From assembly GCA_040954595.2 (NCBI GenBank), contig CM082592.2, positions 6,365,531-6,429,530 of the forward strand: DNA of 64,000 bases, in the 5' to 3' direction. The DNA comes from Balanoglossus misakiensis (taxonomy: Eukaryota; Animalia; Hemichordata). Under the pieces are notes generated by a model. That model did no database searches. It saw nothing but the letters and a program-made list of their open reading frames with translations, and was not told the origin of the DNA. Shown in pieces: positions 51,946 to 64,000 of the stretch. The translations under genes and the position numbers were made by a program. The number at the start of each line of letters is the position of its first letter. Within the stretch, counting starts at the first letter, position 1.

Positions 51946-54900
51946 GTTAGTGGGTTTGGTTTCACACGCACGTAGACACACACGCACACATACCCAGTGT
52001 TTTGTGTGTGACGCATTCTGATTAAAATCACGTGTAGAGTTAAGGCGCCGTCTGTACTTTTGCTGATTCTTGGGTGCTCTGTTCGGAAGGCGGCCTGAGA
52101 ACAGCCAAGACGGAGGACAGAACAGCCAAAGAGAGCTTCAACGGAATTAGCCATCACCAGCGCCAAACTCTACATCTAATTTCAATCAGATTGGAGTCTG
52201 ACAAATACTACTACACTAGATTCTTCCGCCGTGTGACCTCTGACACCTCCAAGCTGGTCGTGTGATGTCAGCTACCATGCAGGGCTTTATGCTTGCCACC
52301 CCGCGACCCTGTTTTTGTGTGTCTGCAAATGCCACAGTATAAGGTGGAGTTGGTAAAATGGAATAGTTCCACCACCACCACCAACCATCAACCATCAACA
52401 TCATCCTCCCCCTCCCAGTCCCAGACTGGCCATGCAATTTAGGTTTATTATTAAAAACCTGTGCATGCAAAAGTTGCATAATACTTGTAAGGTGACTACC
52501 ATTCTTCGTTCACATTCGGAGGGTTTACTTTGGACGGTTGCCAACTGTGAAGGATGTAAATCCGACGGGTTTAAATTCACTCCCCGAATTCATACAAAGT
52601 TCACCACGCCGCAGTACGCATAAATGTGCAATGATTAGTTTTGATCATTACATTATCCCATCAACCGTCAAACTGGCAGTCGCCATGATCATTGCCTAAG
52701 CAGGCATGCGCTGGGGGTGATCTCCGTATGAACGCAAACACAGCCGCCTTTCATCGGGTTCGTGCGAGCGTCCACAGTTGCCAGAGTTCTCTATTATCAC
52801 AGCGTAATTATACAGTCAGTTCTTAACTGTTGTCACAGCTTCATACTGGTTGCCCGGGCAATGCTCGAGATTCGAATGATCCCCAGGTCACTGTTGGGGT
52901 CACCAGAGCTTGATAGAGTAGTGCGAGGAATGCAATTAGAGATTTCTTGGTAGGAGCCTTATACCCAAGGCTGCGTGTCGAAGATTTGATGAAAATAGCA
53001 ACTATAAGCTTCATCCTTGGGGTCTGAGTACGTCTTAATGTGAATACGCGTACATGTTCAGTGTTTGTGTATCTGTGACGGTGTGCCCTCTCTTAAATCC
53101 AATATGATGAGGCATCGATGCATAGGCAAATAAATTATTCATTATTGCGTGTTAAGGTATAGGGCTGACACAAAGAAATTTTATTATATATCAAAAGTCA
53201 GTATTAATCTCATAATGCCTGCACTTTAACAATAGCCAGGGGAAAATTTCCTCAAAACGACAAGGCCACCAAATTTGTGCCAAAATTTGCCATATTGAAT
53301 TTGAAGTGTGTGATTCATTACTAAATCGTGGGTTAGAGTTTTAAGATGTGGTGTCCAAGGTGCACATTATGTAGTCGTTGTACACCATGGTGAAAATTCA
53401 ATGTTCAAGTTTTGTCCCAACATGCCCAGATACCATCTTGGTCTTTTAATTCTCAATCACACATAATTTATGTGGATTTCCTCACGAAGTCCAAGCTTAT
53501 TACTTAAATCCCGACTGAGTGCCATAAATTATCCAGCTTAGATACGGACCAATGAATAACAAGAGGTGTACGGTACAATGTATTGTTGTCTGTGGATGAC
53601 ATTGGCAACAGAGTGAAGCCATTTTGTTTTGGAAAAGCCGGGTGTACGACAGGATTGGCCTTGGCTTTGCAGTGTGGGATAGCGTAATGGTTCTCGTTAT
53701 TCTGAAGTTTATATACTGAACTTCATTTTGTTCTCAACCACAGGAGAAATTGAACTTGTCATAGCCAGACACCGAAGGAACTAGAACATTATCTTATTTT
53801 CGGAGATGTTTGGTTTGCAAAGGTTCTTCTAAGATGTTATCCTATTTGAATGGGATATAGGAAAGCTGATGTGTGGTGTAGATGATCGTTTGAGGGGTCG
53901 TTAAAGGGACAGTTTTCATTGCTCCAGATAATTTTTCAGGAGGGACCATTATTTTGTCCTGAATTCTTTTATGAACACAGATGAAAATTTACAACACTAT
54001 ACTTTTCTGTGCCGGATAAATCTTTCGTTCTGTTCAAAATTTGTTTGTCTTCAAGACATCAAATGTTTATAACCAGTGCTGAAGCAGATGGTTGACCGCA
54101 GGAGGAAATTTTATTTTATGGTCAGTGGTGCTCCAGGTCATAGATTGGTGTGGGTGAGTAGATATGGTGAATTGGAGTCTTTCTACATTCATTCATGTAA
54201 TGAAACGATGATTTTTAGGAGGGCAGAACATTTACGGGAGTTTAGTACGGGAAGCGTCGACAGACAAAAAATCTTGAAGTAACTCTGCAAATTCTGACAC
54301 TCATTTCAAGCTTTTATTCTGTATTCCAAGCCTTGCCTTGTCCCTGAGTAAAGTCAGATGAGCGGAATCTTGGTTTCCAGCTAGGACCTCCTGGCGCGTC
54401 CCTTTATAGTTTCTGTGTACATTGCCTTTACTGCTAGAGCAGTAACATATGTGACGTTGGCCGGTTCATTGGACAACACAATCAAATCTCAACCCTAAAA
54501 TCCTTTTCTTACTCTGCCATAGAGGCTTTAGAGAACAGTTGAAAAATCCCAAGGTCACTCCGTAGGGCCAGGCTAGCCCCTTGTTGTCCTCTCAAGAGGG
54601 TTTAATGGTCAATTCTATCAAAAGCCCCCGTGTGATTGTTGTTTGGGAATGGCTTTGTTTTCGTCACTGTGGGCCGATATTTGCCCATGCTTTTGTTGGC
54701 AGATAGCAATCTAGGGCAAACTGCTGGGTTTTTAGTTCCCCGTTTGACGTGCAGGGTAATAAGTGGCCCGTAAGACAAGGAGGAGGGGGGAAAGAACCAT
54801 AAAGATCTGAAAAGCCCAACAATTGGCTACAGTGGCCGGGTATTTTCTTTGTAAATTCCAAAGCACAAGGAAGCCAGATTACGTGAAGGTATGCGCTGTT

Positions 54901-57900
54901 ACTAGCGAGAAAAAAAACTGTCTCGGGTGGTTGGGGTTTAATTGATGAGAACCCATTGAAACAGATAGATTACCGAGGATTAGATTAGCGCAGTACAGAG
55001 AATGTTTGGATCATTTTGGGTGAGGGGGGGGGGGGGGGCAGGTTACATGCCAGCAATGGGTGACTAGTGCAGGACCATGCCTGATCTTGGAAGGAGCCAC
55101 ATGCCACAAAGGCCCAGTGTAGGCCGGGCCCTGAGATTTGCATACAACTGAACAGTGTCAAGACACAATGAACCCAAGGTCCAACTTGTGAAATGAAAAG
55201 ATTTAATCCTTTTATCCAGTCTGTTGAACATTTCCAAAGTCCTTGCTTATGTCAGCAGAGTGAGACCGACTGTTACCTTGTTTGGGTAACATCGCAGACA
55301 TTTTAAGTGTAATTTTACCAAAATACTACATTTTAAATTAGTGCCGTTACTCATGAACTTATTTGATAAGCATCTTTTCTCAAGATTTTGACACAGAACG
55401 ATCAGACCTTGCATTGTAACCTCATCATATGCAGCTGTCAAAATCACACCTCATTTTTCAGGAGAATACTGGTTGCCATGTACTGCCAAATCCCCCTGGG
55501 AATCAAGATTTGGCATGGCATTCCCCGCTTTTATTAATGCGTCTGTTGTATTGTTCCTGCCATGACTGTTTGACCCTGACCTTTGACCCTTCTTTGGATG
55601 TCACGTGTGTGATCCGAGGGACCTGGTCGGGACAAGTGGAGAGACTTGTTCTCTGTGGGCTTTTACTGAATGGGTGTCTGGCTGTCACTGAAGTGACTAG
55701 TATGGCTGACCGGATTGTAGAGACTAGGTCTAGTTTGGCCATTAAAGTGCGACGGTCGTCGTATGCGCATGTGCCAAACCAGAGACTCTGGTTACAAAAA
55801 TTATATACACATGCACAGCCAATGCCATAAGGCAGTATGTGGTCTGTATTAACAACAGACAAGATTGCAGTCACACTCTGTGATATCTTTCACCTCTGCA
55901 TGCAAACTGTGCTCATTCTCTGAATAACAGCGCAGCAAATTATAGACGTGAAGGTCACTGAGGGGGTGGATGCTAAAGAAAAGTTCATATTTTACGTCAA
56001 TATCTCATTTTCTAAAATCACACAAGGCCATCGCGGCAAAATATACCGTATTATGTGTACATATCACACCTGCTGTTTTCTGGATATTGATTTTGAAATT
56101 CCCATAACACTAGTGTTGGCGTAGTACAATTGGGGAATTAATTATCGGGTACGCTTTTATATCGACGTTGCAATATGTAGGTGTCACTGACCGCTTCACA
56201 GGCATGTATTGATTTTTGAGGCAAGCGGCAAATATGAGATTTCTGTTTTGTCTTGAGTGACGTCGACGCCAAAGAAAGTGGTTTCATATCCTCTCTTGTA
56301 AGTTCTTCGTTTCTCAAGATGATATCAGAGAACAGTGATTGTGATCGCACCTGAGCGGAAACTTTCAACGACGCAACAAGATCTCCTCCAAACATCCACT
56401 GGATTTTGTATTCAGCGGAGTGTGTTCTCAACATGGCCTGATGATTATTGTTTGAAGCTTCGTTGGAGCAGAACAATCGGGTGGGACCCGGGGACAAATG
56501 CAAAATGGCCGGCGGTTGCGGAAGACAATGCCAAACAATGACCCTTGTCCAGGTTACTGCTCTTGCAGACTCAAAGAATTCACTGTGTAAATCCCAGGTG
56601 AATTACTAATGAGATTAATTGAAATTTACAAAACAACTGGTTGGCATATTTGGAGGGTAAACAGTCTGCCCATATCAGCCATAATTTAATTAACATTTAC
56701 TAACATCTCAAATTATACATGCAAGGTGTACTCACAATTAGAATAAACTATACAGGAGGTGACAGACTTTTTAAAATGTGAACAATTGTAACAAAACATT
56801 AAACAGACTTGTAAGCAAGCTCGATCTTCACCGGTGTACTGCAGGTAGGAAAACACAAAATCTTGATTGATATTTCTGAGCCATGGCAAGTAAAAAAGAC
56901 ATAGCGATGATCAGTTGCAGATAGCAAAATATGAGACCTATTAAAGTTACCCCCTTTATTGATGATTCCGTTTCCAAAAGACATTCAGTAAACTTCATCG
57001 GTTTCATTTCCCCCTTTACTTCATGCACAAGTTGCCAGACCTGAAGTGTGACCACTCGCTCGGAGCCTGTCACGGCAGCGTGTCTAGAACGATATCGCCT
57101 GCAGTATCGACCGCTGAACTTTTTGCTGGAAGCATAAAATTTGAGAAGGCGAATTCTTGGACCGCGTCCAAGACGCTCGTAGTTTCTGCACGAGTTGCCA
57201 GAAGCAAGTTGTTGGATGTTCCTGCCTGAAGGTGATCTTTGGACCGTATCTGGTTCAGATTGGCTCATCCACATCTTGTATCCCGGTTGCAGAACCACGT
57301 CAAGACAAATCTCATCAGTCTGCTTTTCAGAATTTAACCATTAACTATCATCTCATACTGTCAAGCTCATAAATTCACTTCTTTTCAATACAAGCACCAA
57401 CAGAAGTTTTTTGGGGAAGTACATGTAGAAGCCCAGGAGTACATCGCCCAGTACCCCCATTCTTCGGGACGCGTATTCAAGGTCACATTGGCTTTCACAC
57501 CAAAGTCAAGGTCAAGTGTTTATTAGACTCGGATATTAATTAATAGTCTGCTGTTCAGCTAGACATTCCTGGCCACACTGTAGTTTTTCATGCATGGCTA
57601 TGACAAGACAATCCTATGCTTCTCACCTGCACTGTACTGTACGTGAGGCGTGGGTGTTTCCCGTGCAAATACCACTTAGGCTTTTTGGATGTCTTTTCTG
57701 ACTTAAGATATTGAAGTCAAAACGACCGCTTTAACATTTCCAAAGATTGGCACCACTTTCCAGATCACGAGAACCTGCTGAGCACTCTCTTAACTCAGTG
57801 TGCAAATTTATTCACGGACAAAACAAGTCTTTCGTTGACTATGTTCTTTAGTCCTTACAGTTTTCCTCTTTGTGCATGTACTTAACTGTGTTTCTGGCAA

Positions 57901-60900
57901 AGAACAGAAGAAAGGACCTCGCTAGCTCTGCTGGGAATCAGGATGTAGGTGAAAAGGGGAGCTTTTTAAAACGGAAAATGCACTGTCGTCTATTATGTAT
58001 GTGTTGGTATAGTCAATAAACCTCAGCTAAGCTTACCATGGCCAGTGTAGTACAGCACCTTACATCACATTCCCCCCTCATTATTCGAGATGTTTACTTC
58101 TCGCCGTTAGTACTTTAATTCAGCTTTCAACAGTTTGTGTACACAGTTTAACATATTCTCCACAGTGGCATTTAGTATTCAGGCAGCGTGCCGAATTTCA
58201 CTCAGCTCTTGTGTTTCTTATGTCAACAGGAGAGCATTAATGTGTAAAATATTCGTGTTTGTTAGCTACGTTATTTTCACGAAGGTAATTATCATAGAGG
58301 TGTATTTAATCAATAAATATTCAGTCTACCCCAGAAAGCTGTGATTGGTCTGTAATAGCAATGACGAAGGAAAGTTGTGTATGTAACGCTTCAGTGGGTT
58401 ATTTGTCGTTGCAAGAGCGGGATCCAAGCAAGAAGAGTTTGCTTATGTGGAAAAATCAGTCAAACAGAGAATTCAGTATTAAACCACTTGCCATGGCTCA
58501 CTTCACAGCTATAAACATGTAGTTGGCTCTTAGGCTATTATTGCAAGCACTGGTATCTGAAATGAGTAGTTTGTGTCGTAGGGATTCTGGTTTATGAAAA
58601 TTCAAAATTGTATCTCCTAAGAATGATGGGATTAGAGCTGTTCTCTGTGTAATTTAGAAGCAGGATAATCCCCATGGATTATATAGTGTTTTGACATTCA
58701 ATAAAATGCCACATCTAATGTATATGGTTTTTCCAGAAAATGTTAAAAGGCACAGATGAATGTATTTCCAGTATGAGCTGACATTTAGTCTATTTCCTAT
58801 TCCTTTCTGTTGAAAACATTTTGGATGCATACGACAAATCAGAAATGCGACAGTATTGAACCGACGATCTGGACAGGATGCTGATGTTAACACAACCAGA
58901 GTCGTTACGAACATTCGCAACAAATTATTTATTCGATCTGACATCATCATGATATTTATACTCATTTCTTGAGTCATTTCTCTCAACCCAAAAGGTAGAG
59001 ATCAGTAATTAATATCATTTGCGATGACAGTTCTTTGCCCCAAGGTATGTGTCTGGGTCAGATGGAACATCTGTTTGTACCTGGCCCAGGTGGTTTGTGA
59101 TTTTCAAATCCAATCAAAGAGCCTTATTGTTTTGCCTGCTGATATTACTCAGAGACGTACGTAACGTGCAGTCTGATACTGAATGTATTTCTAAATCAGT
59201 GCTAATGGTTAGCTTTGGGGCAAGAGTAAGGTATGAACAAATTTTGATTGCTTTTTGCTTGATGAATTGCTTGTGAATAAACTGATTTGCTGCGACGGTT
59301 GAAACCGTGAGTTTAGCGGTACTAAAGATATACCAAGCACACTGAACAGTAATCAACTGGTAGTTTTTAAGGCACCCTTTTCAACTTGCACGTACCAAGT
59401 ATTGTTCAGATCCTGAGAGATAATTTCACCGACGCTAGTCCGACAGACATAAGTGTCCATTGTGTTATGACATGCACGATACACACGTGTAGCGTAATCT
59501 CCGTTCTACTAGTTACGGCTCTGTAGTGCCTTTTGAAGAAGAAAATACTGTTTGCTAGTCTACCAGTGAAGATCTAGGCTTCGCTGATCAGCTGTATTGT
59601 TCCGTGCTTTCTTACAACAACACGAAAAACCAACAAAAAAACCCAGACTTGAATAAACAAAAACATTATTACATGAAAGGGTGACATGTCAACTTCTTGT
59701 GATTAATCAAAAGTGGATGGCCATCAAGTCTCTGCAATATTTGCCCTTACTTGGTCGGTAGTCCAACAGGCTGACCTTTTGGTTATTGTGGCTGTCAGCG
59801 TGAGGTCTTCTGCATTGACGCTTACAAAGTGGTGACATTTTGATGTACGGATTGCAAGAGATACCTCTTTCTCTGCCAGAAAACAATGTGTTTCTTTGTC
59901 GTTCTGTTGTGTCTTTGTTATAGAGAAAAAAAATTGGAATTCTGAGCGTGCTGTAGGGAGGAATTTGTGTGGTAAATGTGCGAGGTATATATTATGGGTT
60001 ATGTACAGTATGTAGTAAAAGTATGAGGTTAGCTAAGCCTTATTCCCAACCCCTTCTTGTCGCTATGGTGATGTCCAGACACTTGTGATGAAAAAATGAG
60101 AAGACAGAACATGAACTGGTGCAGCTCGACCTGAAAAATTTATGACTTGCTACAAATTTTCGATTAGATTTCACTCTCAAAGATTTATTGCTGTCACTTT
60201 AAACCTCTTCTATTTATTGCTTTTTGAAAGCGAGATGAACACATTAATAGAAATCTCCGGAGCTTTAATACATGTCACATTTTATTGGACAAATTCTGTT
60301 GGACACATCGTAAATCTTAAGAGACTTATACTTGAGGGGAAATAGAGGGACTTCATATTAAACAAGGCATCAAAAGTCCATGTGGAAGGGCTTCAGAAAA
60401 CCATATTTTATCCTAATTGATAACATATTGTGACTCAGTGTTTAACTTTAATCATTTCACTGGCGAAAATACTGTAACCTACACTTATGAATCTATTTTT
60501 TCACTATTTTAATTTTATGCACCTGTTTTAGGCTCCTCCGTCATCAAGTAAATGAGACTGAGAGTACAGTTCTGTACCTAAAAATAGGACAATCAGTTTT
60601 AATCAGTTGTTGCTATAATTGCCCGTTACGGATTACTTGTGGTTTTTCCGGCTTTGTAGACCTACATAAACAGAATGGCTTGTTTTGTTGTGTAATCCCT
60701 GTCATGAATGTGATGATCTTCACACTAAAGAGTTATAAAGCTTAAAATAATCGATGTTGGAGTTGTCTTTCCTTTCTCCAGGTGCAATCCACAGATTTTC
60801 CATGGCCCCATCGAGTGTGTGGCAAAAATTATCCCATAATATTTGCCAAACATTAATATAACATGTCTTGACTTCTAAGATTCACGTAATCCCGTAGTAG

Positions 60901-63033
60901 GCTGTCTATTCAAGAAGACCACGAACCCACAGGGCATATTTTGGCAGCATTCCCAACAGACCCGCAATGAGTATAATCTAACAGGGCTTAGAGGTAATGT
61001 CCCCTAGGGTGTAGGATTCTCTCGCACTGTGATGGAAAGCGTATAATTACGGGGCAAAATAGCTGGACCCAAAGTACATCCAGACGACAATAGAATACTT
61101 TTTTTTCTTTAAAACCCCACTGAAGTTTACTTGTGTACACTCCGACCACAATAGAAGCTCCATTCACGAGTTGCGTATGGGGCTTTAGAATTCAATCCCA
61201 TGATGCAACAGTGTGGGCTATTTCTGGACTTCAACAAACATGTTTGTTTTTTTGTGTACTCTCTAATCCGCACACCCTAATTATCATGTACATAGGTGCA
61301 ACCCACATCAGCGGCAACAAACAGTTTGAAACAAAGTTTTTAGTTAATAGAGGGATGCAGTCAACTATAATGAGGTCACCATGTATCAATAACCTATTTA
61401 GAAAAAACACATATCTTGGACAAGCCTCTTCTCTAGCCCCAAACTAGTTTGCTGAATTTTTCATATGCCTGGAGTACAACCAATCCACGTACTGAACTTT
61501 TAGATACCCGTTGATACCCCAATATGTTTAATCACATATGCAGATCAATGTTTAATTTCCGCAAAATATGATATCCTATGCCCTTGCAACAGCATCATAA
61601 TATCCACTCCAATATGAGTGATGTCATATTTTTGTAATGATATGTACTGTGGTACCTTCAATAGCGCTGAGTGGTTGCCATTGGTGAATATTTGATGATG
61701 TGGCAATTTATGTCCCAGTCGACAAAAGGTTTATGTTGGGATCGTTGACTAATAATTTTAGCTGTGTATATATATACATCTGCAATTTGGAAATCTTCAT
61801 GTCTATGCCTTTTATATATTCATATTTGAAAGTCTTCAGACCGCCGTCAATTTTCTCGATGTGAAACCTTTTGACCAAGTGAAGCTGTTTAGTGCAAAGC
61901 ATTCAGATTCTGATTTGCATCGATCATCCTTAATGGAAATGGATGCAGTTATTTCTAAAGAAGCCATGTTTACAATGATACAGTTATTATGATGAGAAGT
62001 ATTAAAATGATAAATATAGATTTCAGTGGAAGAAGCCGTTCATTTATTCATCGCTGTGTGGAACCAGCTTTTCTCTGCAAAGAAGCGCGAAGAATAGAGG
62101 AAACTGAGCTCATTATTGTGATTGAAATTCTCTGCATCATTTATCAGATGAGATGTTCCAGGTTCTAAGGTTGAATAAATTATCTGCTGTGTTCACAAGG
62201 AATAGTCGTTTTCAAACTCAAATCACTATGATTATTTAAAACAAATCATCCATTTGTTATTTGTCAAAAATCATAATTTACTATGAATTCTTCAACATTG
62301 TTGTTAGTGTAGTGATTGCTCAGTAATGGTATTGTGTGTGTACATTATTATTTATATTACAATCAGTTTTTATTGATTATTTGCAGTTACATATTTCTTG
62401 CATTCATTTGTCAGTATCTCAGGTCCGATATGTCGCGGTCATAATTGAGTAATCATCGTAGAGTCATTGTTGCATAGTCATTCATCAGTCCAATTGATTT
62501 GAAGCTAATTAATCACCGAAGTACATATATCATCATCATTAATGCTGTTAAAGCAAGGATGTTTGAGCAAGACTCCTCATTGATTAAAGTAACAGTACAA
62601 CCATGTAATTGACAGAGATCGATTGGATGTTAGGAACCTCCAATATGTATACCGTTAGTTATAATTATGCTATTCCCCTGTGTAAATTTAACTGTTTTTG
62701 TGCCGGTAGTTATTTTATCAACTAAACCAGGTTACTGTCACCCATCCCAATCTATTGCTTTCAGACTGAATTGGTTTTGGTTTTGTTTGATGACTCAATA
62801 TGTCACATGAGACCTGAGCTAGTGTCCTGTGGGAATTAAGACCCACTCTCCTTGATTATTTACAGCAGTGAGAATTGTACCCTGGGGCTTTGTGTCCTTA
62901 GGTATTATTGCACCATCAATATTCGGTGCCAGTGTGATTGCTCTGCCCATGGATGTTCTCATCCCTAACATGTATAATGAAACAAGGACTGACTCTCAAT
63001 GGGTATTTCAATTATTCAAGAGATCAAGAGTTC

Positions 63034-63061
63034 AGAGAGAGACAGAGAGAGAGACCAAGGC

Positions 63062-63102
<41 letters not shown>

Positions 63103-63200
63103 GACAGACAGACAGATACTACTAGTTGACAGACTGACAATAGTGACATATAGAAGAAGACTGCAGACAGTTAGACAGATAGACAGACAGACAGGGACAA
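63034..63200. repeat. (GA)n/(GACA)n compound microsatellite
   Basis: gagagagagagagagagagagacagacagacagacagac...; it produces the ER/DRQT ORFs. Confidence 0.9.
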
Positions 63201-64000
63201 ATAGACTGAGTGACACAGAACACGAGAAAAGGGGGTGGGAGAGGGGGGGGGATTAATATATCAGATGGAAATCTAGAGGATATCATTCTAGCTCATTATC
63301 ATAGACTGTAAAAAAAATACCAAATATAGTTATCAGATTCAGATAATAATCAAACAGTGTGATTAACATTGGAAAGTATGTTCATTTATGTGTAAGCAAT
63401 TTACAAGCTGGCCATATAGTGTAGCGGGCCAACCATTGCTGATTCTAACCTCGTCTAAAAGTGATAAATGTTTTTCAAATGCCTCCCTCTCCGTGTAGGG
63501 TTACTGTAATGTCCAGTTCATATCATGACATATTGATGCCGATTCATCATTCCTACGGCAACCATACAGCTTGCCGTCTGAGACCTAAATTACTTTTGCA
63601 ATTAAAACTGTTGCCCTAGTGACGCTCGTAAAAAAATCCACAATAAAATTGCTCTTGTTATTGTAACTGTTAACCGGACAATGGACGCAGACAAGACTGG
63701 AAGTCGTAACAATAGCTCGTGAATTGTTCTCTGAAGAATGTGCTCTGATCTTAGGTGCCTATTTGGTTTTTTAGTATGACACAGTAAGTTTCACCCTTTC
63801 ACCACCATGGTTTAGTCCAAACCCAGTAAAATGTTGTAGAAATTATTTGTTTTGTACTGTCAGTCACTCATTCAATCTAGACATCTACATGTATTTTAAT
63901 TTGATAGAAGAGTTTCTCCAAAATCAATGTAGCGTACGTCGTTTATACCGTGCTCTTGCATACTACTGGACAAGAATCAAAGTTAAGAAGTGTGGTTCTA

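Noticed and set aside
54994-55002. TACAGAGAA, the METTL16 target nonamer, on the + strand
   Set aside because: A single 9-mer deep in a presumed intron with no evident flanking hairpin; plausible by chance in 64 kb. I saw no exact UACAGARAA in the METTL16 3' region.
56138-57372. GC-richer patch with ORFs of 68-156 aa on both strands
   Set aside because: No recognisable domain and no consistent splice sites linking it in phase 1 to the upstream exon; may be a decayed repeat.
58838-58950. Minus-strand ATGATGA...CTGA resembling a C/D snoRNA
   Set aside because: It is antisense to the presumed host gene, and I recognise no rRNA-complementary guide.
60782-60860. Strong-looking acceptor (ttgtctttcctttctccag|) as candidate next exon of the L27-ankyrin gene
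   Set aside because: Phase-1 continuation (GAIHRFSMAPSSVWQKLSHNICQTLI*) stops quickly and does not continue the ankyrin pattern; an alternative terminal exon cannot be excluded.
62868-63256. ER/DRQT-rich ORFs
   Set aside because: Translations of the (GA)n/(GACA)n microsatellite.

Overview
This is eukaryotic (animal) genomic DNA, AT-rich, with short GT-AG introns and microsatellites. A marine invertebrate, possibly a deuterostome, is my inference from gene style only. I reconstructed spliced gene models by eye. In order they are: the last coding exon of METTL16 (+), a 5-exon type II membrane O-fucosyltransferase-family gene (+), eIF3c (-, 19 coding exons) head-to-head with FTSJ3/Spb1 (+, 17 exons), the voltage-gated proton channel Hv1/HVCN1 (-, 4 coding exons) head-to-head with PRKRIP1 (+, 6 exons), and the PP1 catalytic subunit (-, 7 exons). 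Divergent from PP1 is the 5' part of an unnamed gene (+) that appears to fuse a DLG1-type L27-like N-terminus, with DLG1's 19-nt first coding exon, to an ankyrin-like repeat. Its leader carries start-stop elements and a long overlapping out-of-frame uORF. Also present are a ~175-bp TTAA-flanked MITE family (4 copies) and several simple or tandem repeats. The most interesting items are the L27-ankyrin gene, its uORF cassette and the apparent ancient HVCN1-PRKRIP1-PP1 microsynteny. No database searches were run, so family assignments rest on recalled sequences and motifs.
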